64,000 nt of DNA, from assembly GCA_003693705.1 (NCBI GenBank), contig RBZT01000364.1, forward strand, positions 21,500-85,499. Reading direction: 5' to 3'. Below, in pieces: positions 41,042 to 54,814 of the stretch. Position numbers and translations under genes: made by a program. The notes under the pieces are model-generated. The model saw only the letters and a list, made by a program, of their open reading frames with translations, ran no database searches and was not told the DNA's origin. Position 1 is the stretch's first letter. Each line of letters starts with the position of its first letter. The DNA is from Polymyxa betae A26-41 (taxonomy: Eukaryota; Protista; Endomyxa: Phytomyxea).

Positions 41042-44000
41042 TTACTTGGAGTTATTAGCAAGAAAATTTTCAATCCATTTTTCGTTGATTTTCCCTACAC
41101 CTTTCAGATCGGCAACCTACAGGATTGAGTGAAAATTCGGTTGAAAGATTAAAAATAATCTTACAGTAGCAAACGTCTTCGAGTCTCTAGCCCCAATGAT
41201 GCTTTTCGCGATAGCCTTGCCAATACTTTTATAACAGCATAGTTCTTTAATATCCCCGCAATTCAGAGCTTGCACAAACTTCTCTTCTTCAAAGGGAATC
41301 TGTTTTGGTGGTGGTGGTAATGGTAATTGGACTGCAACAGGTTTTACTGGGCTTAGAAGCGAGTCGATGTTTTTATCATCCTAGTAGGTGTTAGTAACAT
41401 GACTAAATGAACAATGAGAGGCATTCGAAAGCAAATCATTAACAAACACTACATAATTACATCAAGTATTCAAAAGGTCTTACGCTGCAAGCGCGAAAAC
41501 AACTGAAAAGCAAATGTTCGAACCTTTCTCATAGTTTGACGACATTTTGCATCCAGTTCCTCCAATTTTGCACGAATGAGGTCATTGCTGGGCACTAAAG
41601 CCGAAGCTTCCCTCAAAAGATTTAAAGCATCATAATCAAGGCCCTTTTTAGAGAATTCTTTAGACACTTTAACAAAATCCCATGCCAGCTCAGTTTTCTG
41701 TTTTTTAATGTAGGCATCTGCATTCGAAGTTGGAAATGCAACCTGTGATCATATTTTGTCAGCCGCATCAAAAATCAAATTGAACTAGTCAAACCTCGGG
41801 GTCCTTCGAACCTTTCGGTTGTTCAGACTCAAGGCATTCAAGCGATCGTTTCTTAGTGATACCCGCTCCGTTGAAATTGTCTTGCCTCCCGTTGGCATTT
41901 TCTACAGATTCGTCAACAAACAACAAAAACTATGTATATAAGCCAATGCATAAGTTCAACCAGAAAATGATCATTTGATTAAAAAATGCAAGCTAGGATC
42001 GTACGACGTTTTAAAAGCGAACATTCCACAAATAGGCAAGAACCTTTGTTAGAGACATCGGCATGGCTTGAATTTGAAGCTTTACCGTTTGCTTTGGCGG
42101 TTGCCTCTGGAAATATGTCAGTCAGCAAACCATGACAAAGAAGGACAGAATCACCTGGTTCTATTGAAAGAGCTACTGTCTGAACTTCTTCAACAGCACA
42201 TTCTGTTGAAACAGAATGAGCGGTTTTGAAATAAAACAGTCAGAGTCCAGAAATGATAATGATCAAATTAATAAGCAAAATTCTGGAAAATCGCTAAGCA
42301 ACCGAGTTCTTCTCGTATGGTAAATTGAGTGCTGAAGACTGGAAAGACAATCGCATAATACCTCCATTGAAAGAGCCCTTGCTGGGTATGTCTAAAATTC
42401 ATGTTACAAATGGCAATACCAATCGAATGAACTCATACTTGCGCTCGAATTTGTGATATTCCTCGATTTTACAGCAAATGAGAGCGTGGTAAAAGAGGAA
42501 GCGAAATCGCTTTGACAGTGAAGTCAGAACCAGTTGAACACTCAAAGAGAATCTCTGATCACCTGGTGCAAGGAGGAATTGTACAAATCAGAGTGCTACT
42601 TGAAGTCCCTCCTAACGAATCCGATAACACTGCAAAAACGTTAAATTTAACGAACTTGACAGGAAAATATGCAAGAAAGAAAACAATGAAAGCGACGGCA
42701 ATAAAAATCGGTCTTTCATCGTAAACCCCTTTCATTACCTCGGGTAAGCTTTGACTCTCTAAACGGAATACGTTTCTGAAAAACGGGTTTTAAGAAGGGG
42801 TGCAAGTTGGAAAATCATGGACGATACCTTTCTGGCGTTGAGCGCCGAGATGCAATTGCCTGATTGTAAGTAAGCTTCAAGATAAAATCATCGTTCTAAT
42901 AAAAACGAAACGTTTGTTCTCCATTTAGGAGATATTGTATAAAGTGTGGAAGGACAGGATGAATTAGGTGAAGCGTAAAGGAGGATATCAAGCATACCAA
43001 GAGCAAATAAAGAGAGGTTGATGGCGTTTGATTCGTTGAGGCGGTCACCTAAAACCAACACGTTCAGAGATAAAGACACAACGCTTAACTCACGAACCCC
43101 TGTTTCCTGTTTGCCGGTTGTCTTCAGATCCTGCCAGATCAATCAGGTGAATTTTGGAAACCGGCATTTCCACTTTTGTTTTTTTATTCAGCATATAGAT
43201 CTGAAAGCAGAGCGTTAGTAACATACAAAGTACATACTCAAGTATTCAGACGGCAAAACACTCTCAAGGAAACACTCAAGTGGGACGGCGAAAAAGTAAC
43301 AGAACGTCGGTAATTTAGGGCAAGAATCAACTAGGACTTATAACGGAAGCCTTACGCGAATCACAACAACGGCATGCGATCGAGAGGAAGTATCATTAAG
43401 GTTTGTCGCTTTCGTTGTTCGATTTCTGCAACCGATTTGGAAGATAGAGTGGAAGTCGTCGAAATTAAGAATGTGCCTCTGACACAACAACAACAATGAG
43501 AAAGTTTGCATGTGGTAGAAACAGATCACCTCCTCGAGATTACAGACAACAACTTCCTTGTCGCTTGCCTCACGAAGTGGTAGCTCTTTGCCGGTCCAAG
43601 TGATGAGATCGTAGATCTAATGTACAGATTCAGATACGAAAACCGTTACAACTCGATGTGCTTCGAAAGAACTTTACAGAACACCTGATTGTCAGCCGCA
43701 AATGACAAAAGAACACGATACAGAACACAAAGGTTGTCAAGCGAAACCAATTATAAGCTTACCTTACCTTTTCCTTTATAATCTCATAGAATTGCATCGT
43801 ATAACTTAAGGTCGGTTCGTTTGGTTTCGCTCCTAACTGCTGCTTTCTTTGAAACAGGTATTCAACAGATCGCGGAATGATACCACGATGCTCCTGGGTG
43901 CCCACCATCGTAAACGTCTACCCGAATTCATGAGCTAGAATTACGAATATCGTCATCTGAATACCTTGCCGCTACCGGTAACTACAACAGAAAATATCAG

Positions 44001-44732
44001 TAAATGGTCGGAGCAGAAAACGGGAAAAATTAGAAAAGCGAGAGCAATGGAAAACATGCATGCAACTCAACGCATTCACAATTGTTTGATGGTGAAACAG
44101 CATTATGTTAGCTGATTGATTAACAACCATGTAAGTACACAAAGAAAGAGAAACAGTTATATTTGTACAGACTTCCGTAGGTAAAGATTGTAGTGTTATG
44201 GCCATCCAAGGCTCTTTCTACAGTGGGCTTCACCTCTGTATCAAAGATTTGATCCTGGGTGCTAGATTCATCATAGACGCCGTCCAGCCTGATGATTATT
44301 TTTGTAAGAGAATACAACGAAAGAGCGGAATCACCAAAACGTATAGTGAAATCATAAAGCAGTTTCATTAATACAACTGAACCTTTTATAAACCAAATTG
44401 ACTGAATTGAGATAAACTACCATGACCACTATTGAGAATAGCAAACCAAATCTTAATGCATTAAAATCTTGCTTGATTAGAAATGAAAAAAATACAATAA
44501 TGTTTGTGCTTCCACACAGGTTTGACCTGAATTCATGACGATTTTGGTTAACGCGGCCGAAAGAATTTTCGGTAGCTTCATGGAGGACGACAGAATTACT
44601 AGCGTTGAGCTCAACGCATCGACCTTCCTCGGTGGCTTTTAACGGCCTTACTCTAACAATAACTCTTACACGAGGCGTGTCATCGTCCTCAACAACTTTA
44701 TTTCGAGGCACACGTCTTGCCAGGATAGACAT
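41042..44732 (-). CDS. KIF22: Kinesin-10 (KIF22/Kid-like) chromokinesin, multi-exon
   Basis: VRVIVRVRP, YGITGSGKTFTM, NDTSSRSHA, LIDLAGSEDNRQTGN (kinesin-10 signature), IPFRESKLTR; C-terminal HhH-like LNCGDIKELCCYKSIGKAIAKSII. Confidence 0.88.
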
Positions 44733-44957
44733 TCCTGTGAGCAGAGGAGTTTTGAAAGCCCGCGCCAAATTGAGGAGAAAATCTGCGATTCGATTTTGAA
44801 TCCAAGTGCACATTTGTTTACTTTTTTAACTGCGCAAAGTTGTAGTAAGTCTGTAAAAGTAAAAAATACCTAATTACTGAAAAATCTGCGCCGCGCTTAC
44901 TCTCTTGTGGAACATTCCGGTGGCGAAGCAACAAACCATCATTCGAGATTCAAAGCA

Positions 44958-46008
44958 ATGAACGCTGCTCTGAACCAAGCCTGGAACCACGTCGCCTCGT
45001 TCGGAGGCGAACCTGCCTTTCTCGACGCTGTGTTCAAGTTCCTTGCCGAGCAGCGTCCTGGGTTCATGTCGTCGCCGCATGCTCTTTCCACGATCCAAAA
45101 GACGGCGAAAAAGTGGATTGAGCTCGCTGAGAAATCGAAATCGAAACCAGCGGAAAGCGGTGCTGATTCCAAACCCAAGGCGCCTGTTGTCGAAGAGCAG
45201 ACACCAATGCCTGCTCCGCCAAAAGGATCCAAGGTTGAAGAAATCAATGTAGATCGCGACGAGACAGAAGAGCCTACTCGAGGCCCTGCTCCTGTTGGAA
45301 ATGGAGGCGCTACTGATAAGTATGATTTACTCTAATGCATTCGCCGCTTCGCACTGCCATTGTGTGAATCAGTCGCCTTGTTCATTTTTGTATTTTTCTT
45401 ATTTTCGGATTTGCTGAATCTGGCTTTATCTTGAGCATCATTATTGTTTGGCTCGGTTAACCAAAGGTTTTTTACAGGTACATATGGACTCAGACTTTAC
45501 AAGAAGTCAACATTGCCATCCCCCTTCCTGAAGGCACAACATCCAAGTTGCTTGATGTTAAAATCACCTCTTCTGGCCTGCGGTATGGCCTGAAGGGTAG
45601 TAAACCGATCTTAGATGGTATCCCTCTAGCTCTATGAAAACCTCAGTATATTGATGTTATACAGGTGATTTCCCTCAAAAAGTGCTTGCCGAAGACAGCA
45701 CATGGACAATCGAAACTGAAGGCTCACGAAAAGTCTTGAGCATCTATCTGCCGAAAGTTGACAGAATGTCCTGGTGGGACTGCATCCTGAAAGGCGAGCC
45801 GAAAATCAATACCAAGGACATCGTTCCTGAAAACTCGAAGCTAGACGATCTTGATGCTGAAACCAGACAGACAGTTGAGAAAATGATGTATGACCAACGA
45901 CAGAAGGCTATGGGAAAGCCGACAAGCCAGGAACAGCAGCAGAACGACATGCTGAAGAAGTTCATGGCTCAACATCCTGAGATGGATTTCAGTCAGCTAA
46001 AGAAGTAA
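44958..46008 (+). CDS. NUDC: Nuclear migration protein NudC (three exons)
   Basis: [57 protein letters not shown]. Confidence 0.95.
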
Positions 46009-46132
46009 TTGTTTTCACAATTGGCAACCTCACAAAATAAAAAGTTGACTATTTGATTTACATCTTGCTTGATTGGAATTTTACTAGAGAGACCGATTCT
46101 AAGAATCTGATCGAGGAGTCATTTACGCAAAA

Positions 46133-47368
46133 ATGCAGGTCCTTCATGTCTCTGTATTGCAAGCATGGATGCAGATCTTTCAGCGTTTGCCAAATGACGA
46201 TTTGAAACAGGCGTTTGCTGTATCATTTCGATCTTCGAAGTTGCTGAAGCAGCCAGAGTTTCTAACTGCTATGGCTAACTACTGTCTTGCATCGCAGGAG
46301 CTCAGCGAGATCGAATTGTTGCTGACCTCGGCATCCGTCACAAAACATTTGAATCGTACTGCTAAAGCAGGTAATGTAAATTTCAAACTTGCAATATTTA
46401 TTGTTCTCAATTTTAAAATAGCTTTAATTCTGAATCATCCGTCTTTATTGCCGCTTGTGGCTCCTTCATTGGATCATTTACCAGTCATTGCCGAATTACG
46501 GAAGAGGGACGTTTCTGAATGTCAGAAACTATTATGGATACTGTCAAATCTTTCATCGGCGTCCTTGACGAACTCCTTTAATGACATCATGGCAATTCTG
46601 ACTCGGCTGCTTAACACCCATCAACCTCACCACAAGAAAATCGCGCTGCCAGCTTTTCAAATCATTCTTCGGAACATCGACCTTCCCGTCCTTCGGTGGC
46701 AGTCCGGGCTGATATTAGAGTTTCTAAAAAGAGAAGTGCAATTGCGAGATGCTCAAATTGAGGACGTGGCCGTGGAGACTTACATCCAAGCTTTGACTAG
46801 ATTATTGCCCAGACAAAGGCCTCGTGGAAGCGAGCTCACCTCTGCGGTCGATCTTTTTCGGCGAGAGATAACCTATTTAGCTCTTGGGGGAACGTATCCC
46901 ACTTCCAGCTCGACTAGATCGATCGTGTTCCTTTCAGCTCTGCGGAAACTGTTTGCTCTTGCTGGTACCGAATCTGCTGTCCATCTCAAAGCTTTTATTC
47001 CAGCATTGTTTGTCTTTCTGGAGAACGAATGCGATGATGTTAAAAGAGTTGCTATCACCGTCCTGGACATGCTAATGCGAGTTTGTTGGCCCCAAATTCC
47101 ATCTCACTGCGGAAAACTGTTTGAAGGCATCTGCCATGCTCTGATCAAGCATAAGGTCAACGAAGGATGTAAAGATACTTTGGTGTTATTCATGGATCTA
47201 CTTTCGTTACTTCGGGAGCTGTCTCCTGATCGGTTTGATTTATTTGCCAGAGCATGCTCCACAGTTGACATTCTTGACAATGCTTTGCAAATGGTTCCTG
47301 AAATCGATTCATCGTCAAGGGAATCAAACTCTCTTATTGCATGGGATAATATTCATGTCTATAACTAA
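46133..47368 (+). CDS. HEAT/ARM-repeat protein, TTI2-like
   Basis: Long Leu-rich helical ORF. The C-terminal HLKAFIPAL...LMRVCWPQIPSH..KL resembles the Tti2 domain (HL..., WPR). Confidence 0.55.
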   Translation: MQVLHVSVLQAWMQIFQRLPNDDLKQAFAVSFRSSKLLKQPEFLTAMANYCLASQELSEIELLLTSASVTKHLNRTAKAGNVNFKLAIFIVLNFKIALILNHPSLLPLVAPSLDHLPVIAELRKRDVSECQKLLWILSNLSSASLTNSFNDIMAILTRLLNTHQPHHKKIALPAFQIILRNIDLPVLRWQSGLILEFLKREVQLRDAQIEDVAVETYIQALTRLLPRQRPRGSELTSAVDLFRREITYLALGGTYPTSSSTRSIVFLSALRKLFALAGTESAVHLKAFIPALFVFLENECDDVKRVAITVLDMLMRVCWPQIPSHCGKLFEGICHALIKHKVNEGCKDTLVLFMDLLSLLRELSPDRFDLFARACSTVDILDNALQMVPEIDSSSRESNSLIAWDNIHVYN

Positions 47369-48191
47369 TGTATGGTATCGATTCTCAACACCTGTAATTA
47401 GTTAGACGTTACTCGAGATTGCCTTCTCCTCATATCGTCTTCCTTGTTTATTGCTTCGGTTTGCCTAGGTAGTGTCGTTTCCATGAACCTGGACTGAACA
47501 CTAAGTTCTGGATCTGGACTATGCAGAGGATAGCAAATTTGCATTTTAATTGACACTGAGATGATTTCGAAATTCGAATTGCTTCGTCATGCTCGTTTCT
47601 GAGTTTTGCGGGACCTAAGTTGATCCGCTGCAATACACTATTATCACGTTATTTATCCAATTTCCAAAAGATTGTCTCTGAATCAACAGTTATTTTCAAT
47701 TATCGCCATCCACGATTCTACGTCATGAAGTTAGTCCACAGGGAATGTAGATTCAATTTCCAATTGCAACTGCTCTGAGTCCCTTTGACCTTAAATACTG
47801 TGACCGCTTCTCTTCTCAAAAATGCCGTTTAAAAATTTCTGGGGTTTTCGAATTTTTGTTCAAGTTCATCAGAAATTACCTATCGATTTGGTTCCGTTTT
47901 ACTTTTTGGGTCCAAAAACGCAGCGGGAAACTTAAGCAATCACTGCGCAAACTTTACAATATGAAACTGCGTCAGTCCTAGAATGCTGTCTGCGCCAGTC
48001 CAAGAAAATGTTCCCTGGTTTTGCATTTCAGCGTTTGCATCTTGTCCCAATGCCACGATCGGTGCGGCGCGGCCAGGTTCTAAGTATTGCTGCCTGTTTC
48101 TTGTGTTTCACGTGCCCGTTATGCGGGCGCGGCCTCGCCCTCTGCCCATCGACTTCACGGCGTCGCCCTCGTTGCTGAATCGATCGGTTTT

Positions 48192-49330
48192 ATGACCAAG
48201 TTTGACGAATCCATTCTGTACTGCGATGAAGATGTCGGCGATGAAACATGGATGGAGCCTGGGATCTTCCAAGACGATTACGAGCCTGCTAATGAAGTAG
48301 CAGCTCCCAGTATCGACCCTGGATACCTGTGCGCCGAGATTCGACCCAAGATGCGATCAATTCTATTCGATTGGATGCAGCAGGTTTGCGAATGAATGCC
48401 GTACCTCTGATTTTAGTTTCAAGGCTAATGGCCTTGATGGGTTTGACATCTTTCTGGAAATGTTCAGAAATTTTCGACTAGGTTGCTTTCATTGCCGATT
48501 ATTGTTTTGGCAGAACTGTTATCGAACCCAATAGAACCTTCCGAGTGCTAATTTGTTTGCAAACATCTCAGTTTGAAGTTGCTTCGGTTGAAATTTGTTA
48601 TAGGTATGCCAAGAGTATGCCCTTTGCCGCGAGACCTTCCATTTGGCCACGACTTATGTCGACCGCTATCTGTCCTCCCGTCCCGAGATCACCCCGACGA
48701 AGTTGCAACTAGTCGGCGTCACCGCCCTTGTTCTTGCGGCCAAGCTCGAGGTACCCAAACTGTTCGCCGTTCTGAAACAGCACTCACGACTCGCAGGAAG
48801 TCCATCAACCGACGGTCGATGAATTCGCAGCCACATGCGCTGGATGTTGTACGATCTGCGATATATTAACAATGGAGAAGGACATGATTAATGCTTTGGG
48901 TTGGACATTAAGATATTCGTCAGCTCCAGCATGGGCCGCCTCCTATCTGCAAAGGTCCATTCATGATCACTATTTGGATGAACTGGTTCGAAAGGAACTT
49001 CTGAACGCCGATCATTACATGCGGTTGATGGAGATCATCGACTATAGTCGATTGTTCGTTGAATCGCTGCAGTATGCACCGTCAACACTTGCAGCTGCAT
49101 CGTTATTTTATGTTTTTCAATGCTGGTCGGAGGAAATCGAGCAAGCCATCATGATTAAATTCGCTGACGTGGATCATTGTGTGCAATGGATTAGCATGAT
49201 CGCTTCCCAGCTGCCGTTCATCGGATTACGGCCGATTCTGGGAGGATGTCGTGACGAACCATATCATCTATATTCTCGCCAAGTCTACCATCCCATGGCA
49301 TTGCAGATGTGTCTAAACAGCTGCCCATAG
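48192..49330 (+). CDS. G1/S-type cyclin (cyclin E-like box, N-terminal LxCxE), three exons
   Basis: LYCDE near the N-terminus; cyclin box MRSILFDWMQQVCQEYALCRETFHLATTYVDRYL...LQLVGVTALVLAAKLEE; MEKDMINALGW; PSTLAAASL. Confidence 0.9.
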
Positions 49331-49593
49331 GCCATTTTCGTCATTTAATATAGAAAAATACAAAATTCCTATTTAATATGTTATATTTCAGAAGTTCACC
49401 TTGCCTCCTTTCCAAAACCTGTCCTGTAAATGGCAAGCAGAAAATTACTCTTTCTCGTGTGGGATAAATATTTTGTCAATACAATTAACTTATCGTTACA
49501 TATTCACATTCGTACTAAAAGACATTATGACATTACCAATGTAACAGCGATCCGTTCGCCCTTTTCCTGAAATCGCTCATTAATCATTTCGTA

Positions 49594-52314
49594 ATGCGCA
49601 TCGCCGTTCTGGCGGTAGTCGTCGCCGGCGTCGTCAGCCTCAGTATTGACGACCTGGTGTACACATCTTTACCAGCCGATACCGCCTGCGTTCGCTTGCT
49701 GACCAGAACTGGGCAAGTTGGCTGCGGCGTTGGTGATAGTCGTGGTGTCCTCTATGATGTGGACGACGTGTTGAGCTGGCGCGTTTATGACCCTTCCCAA
49801 GCTATCTCTGTTTTGATGCCACATTCGGCTTTAAATCAAACTACGATTGATCGTCTACAGAGCAAGTCTAATCTGGCTGGAATCTTTCTCCATTCTTTAT
49901 CGAAAGCATCGCCTTCTGGTAGACTCTGCTTGTGTTTATCTGCGAAGCCATCGATATTGTTTAAAAATGTTAATTATGTTTTGGTAGAGTTGCTGTTTGC
50001 GCCCATCTTTGGTTGTTTTCGTTGTTTAATACGATTGCAGATTTCCATTCTCCAGCGGAGAAGTTGCCATTCTCGTACCTGTCTACGAATTCGACTCATA
50101 TCTGGAATCCATCCGGGACAAATCTCACTGGTTCAGCTTTTGGATTCGGTATTGTCACTGTCGCCGATCCAGACCTTCCAACTGTGATGCGTCTTGTCGA
50201 AGAAAATCGTAAACGCATTCAAGTACGTTGAATGTTTCATGGCCTCTGGTTCTACTGGCAAGTCTTCTCAAGATTATTACTGTAGAACTATTAGTATCTG
50301 CTGTAATTGTTTTGCGACGTTTATTCCACTATCAGTTTCTTGCTTTGCTATTTTACTATTTTAAGTTTCGCTATTGATGTATCTAACTTAAGCTTGGTAG
50401 AGCGGGTTGGATCCTCGTAACCAAGCACAGTTCAATTATCCGATGGATGCAGGCGGTAACTCTGTAAGCTGTCTTCAATCTGGGAACTGTCTTCCCATTG
50501 GCGGGTCAGTCCCGATATTGTCATCTCATTTTTTTATATTTTTATTCGCAATATGCTTTGCCATTTGAACAAAGCTCAGTCGATTATGGTATTCTTTTTC
50601 ATGTAAATTTCTTCCATCACTCCCACTATTTGCCCCTTGCCTCTAAGCGCTGATGTTTGGTTTGTGCAGATACAACGTTTGGTCTTCTCGAGCTAAAATT
50701 GACAACTCGACGACCCCGATCGTTGCGGCTGTCACCCAAATGGATGCATCAGCCTTTATACACGCCCATGCTACTGGTGCCAATAGCGCCATGTCAGGTC
50801 TGCTTGCACTTCTTGGTGCATCAGACGCCATCTCTCGAATCGAGGACCTCAACCTGGGGATGTCATCCCCTCAGATTGTATTCGCTGCCTTCAATGGCGA
50901 ATTCTTTGACCTAATAGGGTCGAGAAGCTTCGTCAAGGATCTCTCTTCGTTTAGCTGCAGATCGGTCTCGTCTATCTCCAACACACTGTGTAAATTTCTG
51001 GGAAACCTTTCATTCGTTTCATTTTGCGCTTTTAAATTCATTTCTGAAGCAGTAGATTTCTTGACCTGCCATTACCTGTTTTTTCATAGTTGCTGTTAAC
51101 TGTAGTTGCTGTTAACTGTAGTTGCTTGTAACTGTATAACTGAAGCTCGTAGGTCTGGACCCATATCGAATAGATACGTCTTTCTCATCTATTGCAAATC
51201 TGGTCAACTCGGGATCAAGTATCATCGAGATCTCTCAAGTTGGCAACGGGCAGCCATCCGATCCATTTTATTTCCATACGACCTCCAATACGCTTACAAC
51301 CGCAATTAACTCAGCAACCCAGGGATTGACAGTTAATCTTCAGCCAGCATCTGCCGTCACAACGATCGGTTTACCACCATCATCAGCTTTGGCTTTTCCG
51401 GCCTCTGTTGAAAAATTGGTGTTAACGGGGTATGATACCGAGTTTAATTCCCTCGTGTATGGCAGCGAGCTTGATGCCAATTTTACAGATTCTTCCATTC
51501 AGGTAGATAATGCCCATTCAACTGTCTATGTTCAACCTTCTTTTTGGATAATTTCTTTAATCCATTTCCACTTAATTAATCGATCCTTATCCCTCAACAA
51601 TTCACTTGCTATTGAAAAGTTTTCTTGCTGAGTTTCGATTTATGTCCTGGATCTTCGCTACATCACTTTTTCCATGGATTTAAGGTTCATGTAAAAGTGC
51701 TGATCCTATTTCTTTCAGCGGATATGTTCGGCATCCACAATCGTTGCGAGGACGCTGTTAACACAAGTTGGATACTCAAATGCACATTCGGTCAGGCTGG
51801 TAGAGACTTTTTGACATGTCTGACGTTCCTTCAGGTTTCTGTAAATTGCACATTAATCAAGGAACTGAGCGATTGTGTCGGTCCATTGGGGTTCGAGTGC
51901 GACATAGCTGGGAGGGTGATGGCATCTTCTGCAATCGCTGCTTCATCGTTTTCGAAGAAAGGAGCTGTATCGCACTACGCCTCCGTTTATCAGCAGCGAA
52001 CGCCATCCCAAGTGACCGACACGCCCCGTTTCGTTTACGACTGGTGGACTTCGCTGGGGCTGCACGCCTATTATCATGACGCCGTCGATCCCGACCTCAG
52101 CGTCGGTTCGGATGGTTTCTGGAAAGCGGCTGACGGTCCCGGCAGGCTTTGGACCGAATCAAACTGGGTCCGGCAGCGTGTTCGTTTATATGTGACTGAA
52201 GCGCCATGGACAGGTGCCGTTATGTTCGGTTTGGGATGTATTGTCGCAGCTGCATCCGTTGCATCGTCATTCTTTTTATCGAAATATGCATTACGAACTA
52301 TAAAAATGGATTAG
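49594..52314 (+). CDS. NCSTN: Nicastrin (gamma-secretase subunit), multi-exon
   Basis: Signal peptide; CVRLLTRTGQVGC; CLPIGG; GANSAMSGLLALL; FNGEFFDLIGSRSFV; GLPPSS; WTESNW followed by a single TM segment. Confidence 0.93.
51087..51134 (+). repeat. 16-bp tandem repeat (about three copies) in a nicastrin intron
   Basis: tagttgctgttaactg twice, then tagttgcttgtaactg. Confidence 0.8.
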
Positions 52315-52875
52315 CAGAATTTCAGTAATGCTGGACTGACAGGAACAGGGTATTGGCAGGCGAGTCACGAGGCTGCTCGAGGGGTAAGGGCCTTCAAAAC
52401 CCTTCTCAGCTCGTTTCCCTCAACAACGCAATGACCGCGATCGACTTCGAAGCCCCTTCGCCTCGTCACGACAAAGAATCACAAAGTGCAAGAGGATTCG
52501 ATACGCGTTTTTGGTGCCCGAACTAAAAATGATAATTTAGTGAAATAACTGGTTAAACTTCGAATAACCAATTTCAAACCTTAATCGGGAATGGAATTGA
52601 TCTTCTGCATTAACAATTCAATTGTCCAGGGAGACCTGAATTGATGAAAATCGGTCCAAAACCCTCCTTTCTCAAGAAGAGCCATGGCTAATAAACTTCG
52701 ATCGGTGGGCGGCAGATGCAACACTGGAGAATAATGCAAGGACTAATAAGGTTTGGCGGCGCAAGCAAATTCTGTATGAATTGTAACTTTGAAGGGTTGA
52801 CTCGTTATATTCTTAACATGGCTTGTTAATTCAATATTTTCTTTTTATTTTTTTTTAATGGTTATACTTTACTTA

Positions 52876-52952
52876 GAGCATCTCCACCGCGGGTCTATTC
52901 CGAGGTCTAATGAATATAGACCCGTCACGGAGGGTAGTTCCGGGCTTCCGGA
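52876..52952. mobile_element. Probable PIF/Harbinger (Tourist-like) MITE end truncated by the assembly gap
   Basis: TTA target followed by GAGCATCTCCA, a typical Harbinger-type terminus; internal inverted repeat cgggtcta...tagacccg; the other end is not seen. Confidence 0.5.
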
Positions 52953-52971
52953 NNNNNNNNNNNNNNNNNNN
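52953..52971. other. Assembly gap (19 N)
   Basis: Run of N bases. Confidence 1.
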
Positions 52972-54310
52972 GGCCCTTTCGGGTCTCCCCCTGTCACTTT
53001 AGGGAATGACTTTCTCCGTGATTCAGAAAAGACCTCGGAACTTCTTCGCAGGTTTGCTCTTGATTCGAAAACTGCGCAGTCTTGTATTTGTGCGCGTCTG
53101 CGAGTTTGTGAGGGCTTTGATGTCCCTACCGTAGCTTGCATGCGGTTTGCTACTTTGCAAGGCTACAGGTAGCTGCAGGTATCATTCCGTCATAACACCT
53201 CTTAATGCCTGAGGGTCAAGGCCTCTCTTTCGAAGCGATGAGAATGACAGGGTCGAGAATCCATGACAAGAGCGTAATGTATGCAAGCTGCTAGCGGCAT
53301 AGTTTATATGCGAAAATCCAGTGAAACTCTTGCTGCTATTTCTTTTGGCAATCATGCATTTGGCAACTTTCATGCTTTAGTGAAATTACAATAGTTTTTA
53401 ACAAGAAGATGACAGCCCATACAACAAAGGAACATGACGCTCTTCTACATAGGATTGTGGCTTTAAAGGGTTTCAGATATGATCGAAGAGCTTATCCTTT
53501 GGTCGTTGGCGTGATTTTTTAACTGTTCAGACTCATGACGATTTTTCTATAATAATTAAACGTTTCGCCTCGTGCTGGGTCTATTGTGGCGTATGCTCAT
53601 CATCGGCATGATTCTCTGCTGCCTATAAAGCATGCTCCTGTGAGCAAAGTTGGTAACGCCATTGACTTCGGTAAAACAAGCATCGGATAGAGTATCTCGA
53701 ACAATTCGGCATTTTCATTGCGAAATCCTTGTTATTGAGTCGCCAAACCAATCGTACGAATTGCCATTAGTTCCTGATAAAGCTTCGAAATTTTGAAGGC
53801 GATGATCAGCGGGCCTTGATTCAAATGCTCTTTGACACATGTTTACACGACAGTCTGTGAACTCGATTTGGTTTGATGTTCATCAATAACCCCCCGTTAC
53901 TTCCTTGACCTGCAAAAGCTGATCGCTTCATTTGCGTCGATTAAGCATATCATTCCTGTATAAGGCAATCATTCTTTTGTCGATATTAGCATTGTAAACG
54001 CTTTGACTTCAACCCTGAGACATCCATAGTCCAGGTGGTCAGAATCCAGACTTTCACCCTGGGGACCGGGGTCGAGTCCACGGAAGGAACGTTTTTTGCC
54101 GGGAGAAGCAGGGTCCCCCTCCGAGTTGACGTTGCGGATTGCGTAGGGTTCGATCAGCCCTTTCGATTCAGTCCAGCTCATCATCCTGTCGCGGCCACCA
54201 GAGATCCTTGGCCGCGCTCCCGAGCGATCGCCATCGCTCGCTTCCGTCCAGCCGACGAACTCATCATCGATCCGGGACGGCGCCGTACTGGCTTCGGGCC
54301 CGCGACGGCC

Positions 54311-54814
54311 ATGCTCTGGGCCAAGGTCATGGTCCGGCTGGCCGTAGCGGCCCAGGTCACGGGCCTCGTCCTGTGCCTGTGCGCTGCCCTCATCCAGTAC
54401 TTCTACGACGAGATGGCGCCCGGCGTCGTACAGGCCCCGAACGAGCGCTGCAACCGCCCGGCGGCCCTGTTCTGGTCCGTGAACCTGTCGCTGATCGTAC
54501 TGGCCCTCGTCCCCGTGGCTCTGTCGCTCTGGATGCTGTACGCCGATCGTTGTTGGTGGCGGGGGCCGCGATCGCCGCCCTTCTGGTCCGCATCGCGGCG
54601 CACGCCGCCGTACTGGCCCTGTGCCGGACCTGCCTGCTGATGCGGTTCGCTCTGGGCGTGACTGTGTCACGGCCTGCAGCTCTGCAGTCTGATCGCCTAT
54701 TATGAGTGTCTGAGGAGGCTGCGCGCCCGTATTGCCCTGCACGTGACGATGCCGTCTTCAGACCCGGATTTCTTCTGGCCCGTGCGGCTGAAGCCTTCGG
54801 ATTCTGGGACCTGA
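54311..54814 (+). pseudogene. Frameshifted paralog of the four-TM gene at 55300-55833
   Basis: KVMVRLAVAAQVTGLVLCL...CN..ALFWSVNLSL matches KAVVRVVVAAHISGFVLCL...CN..ALFWTVYLSL. Homology shifts frame near 54545 and returns near 54661; the original frame has TGA at 54638-54640. Confidence 0.75.
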
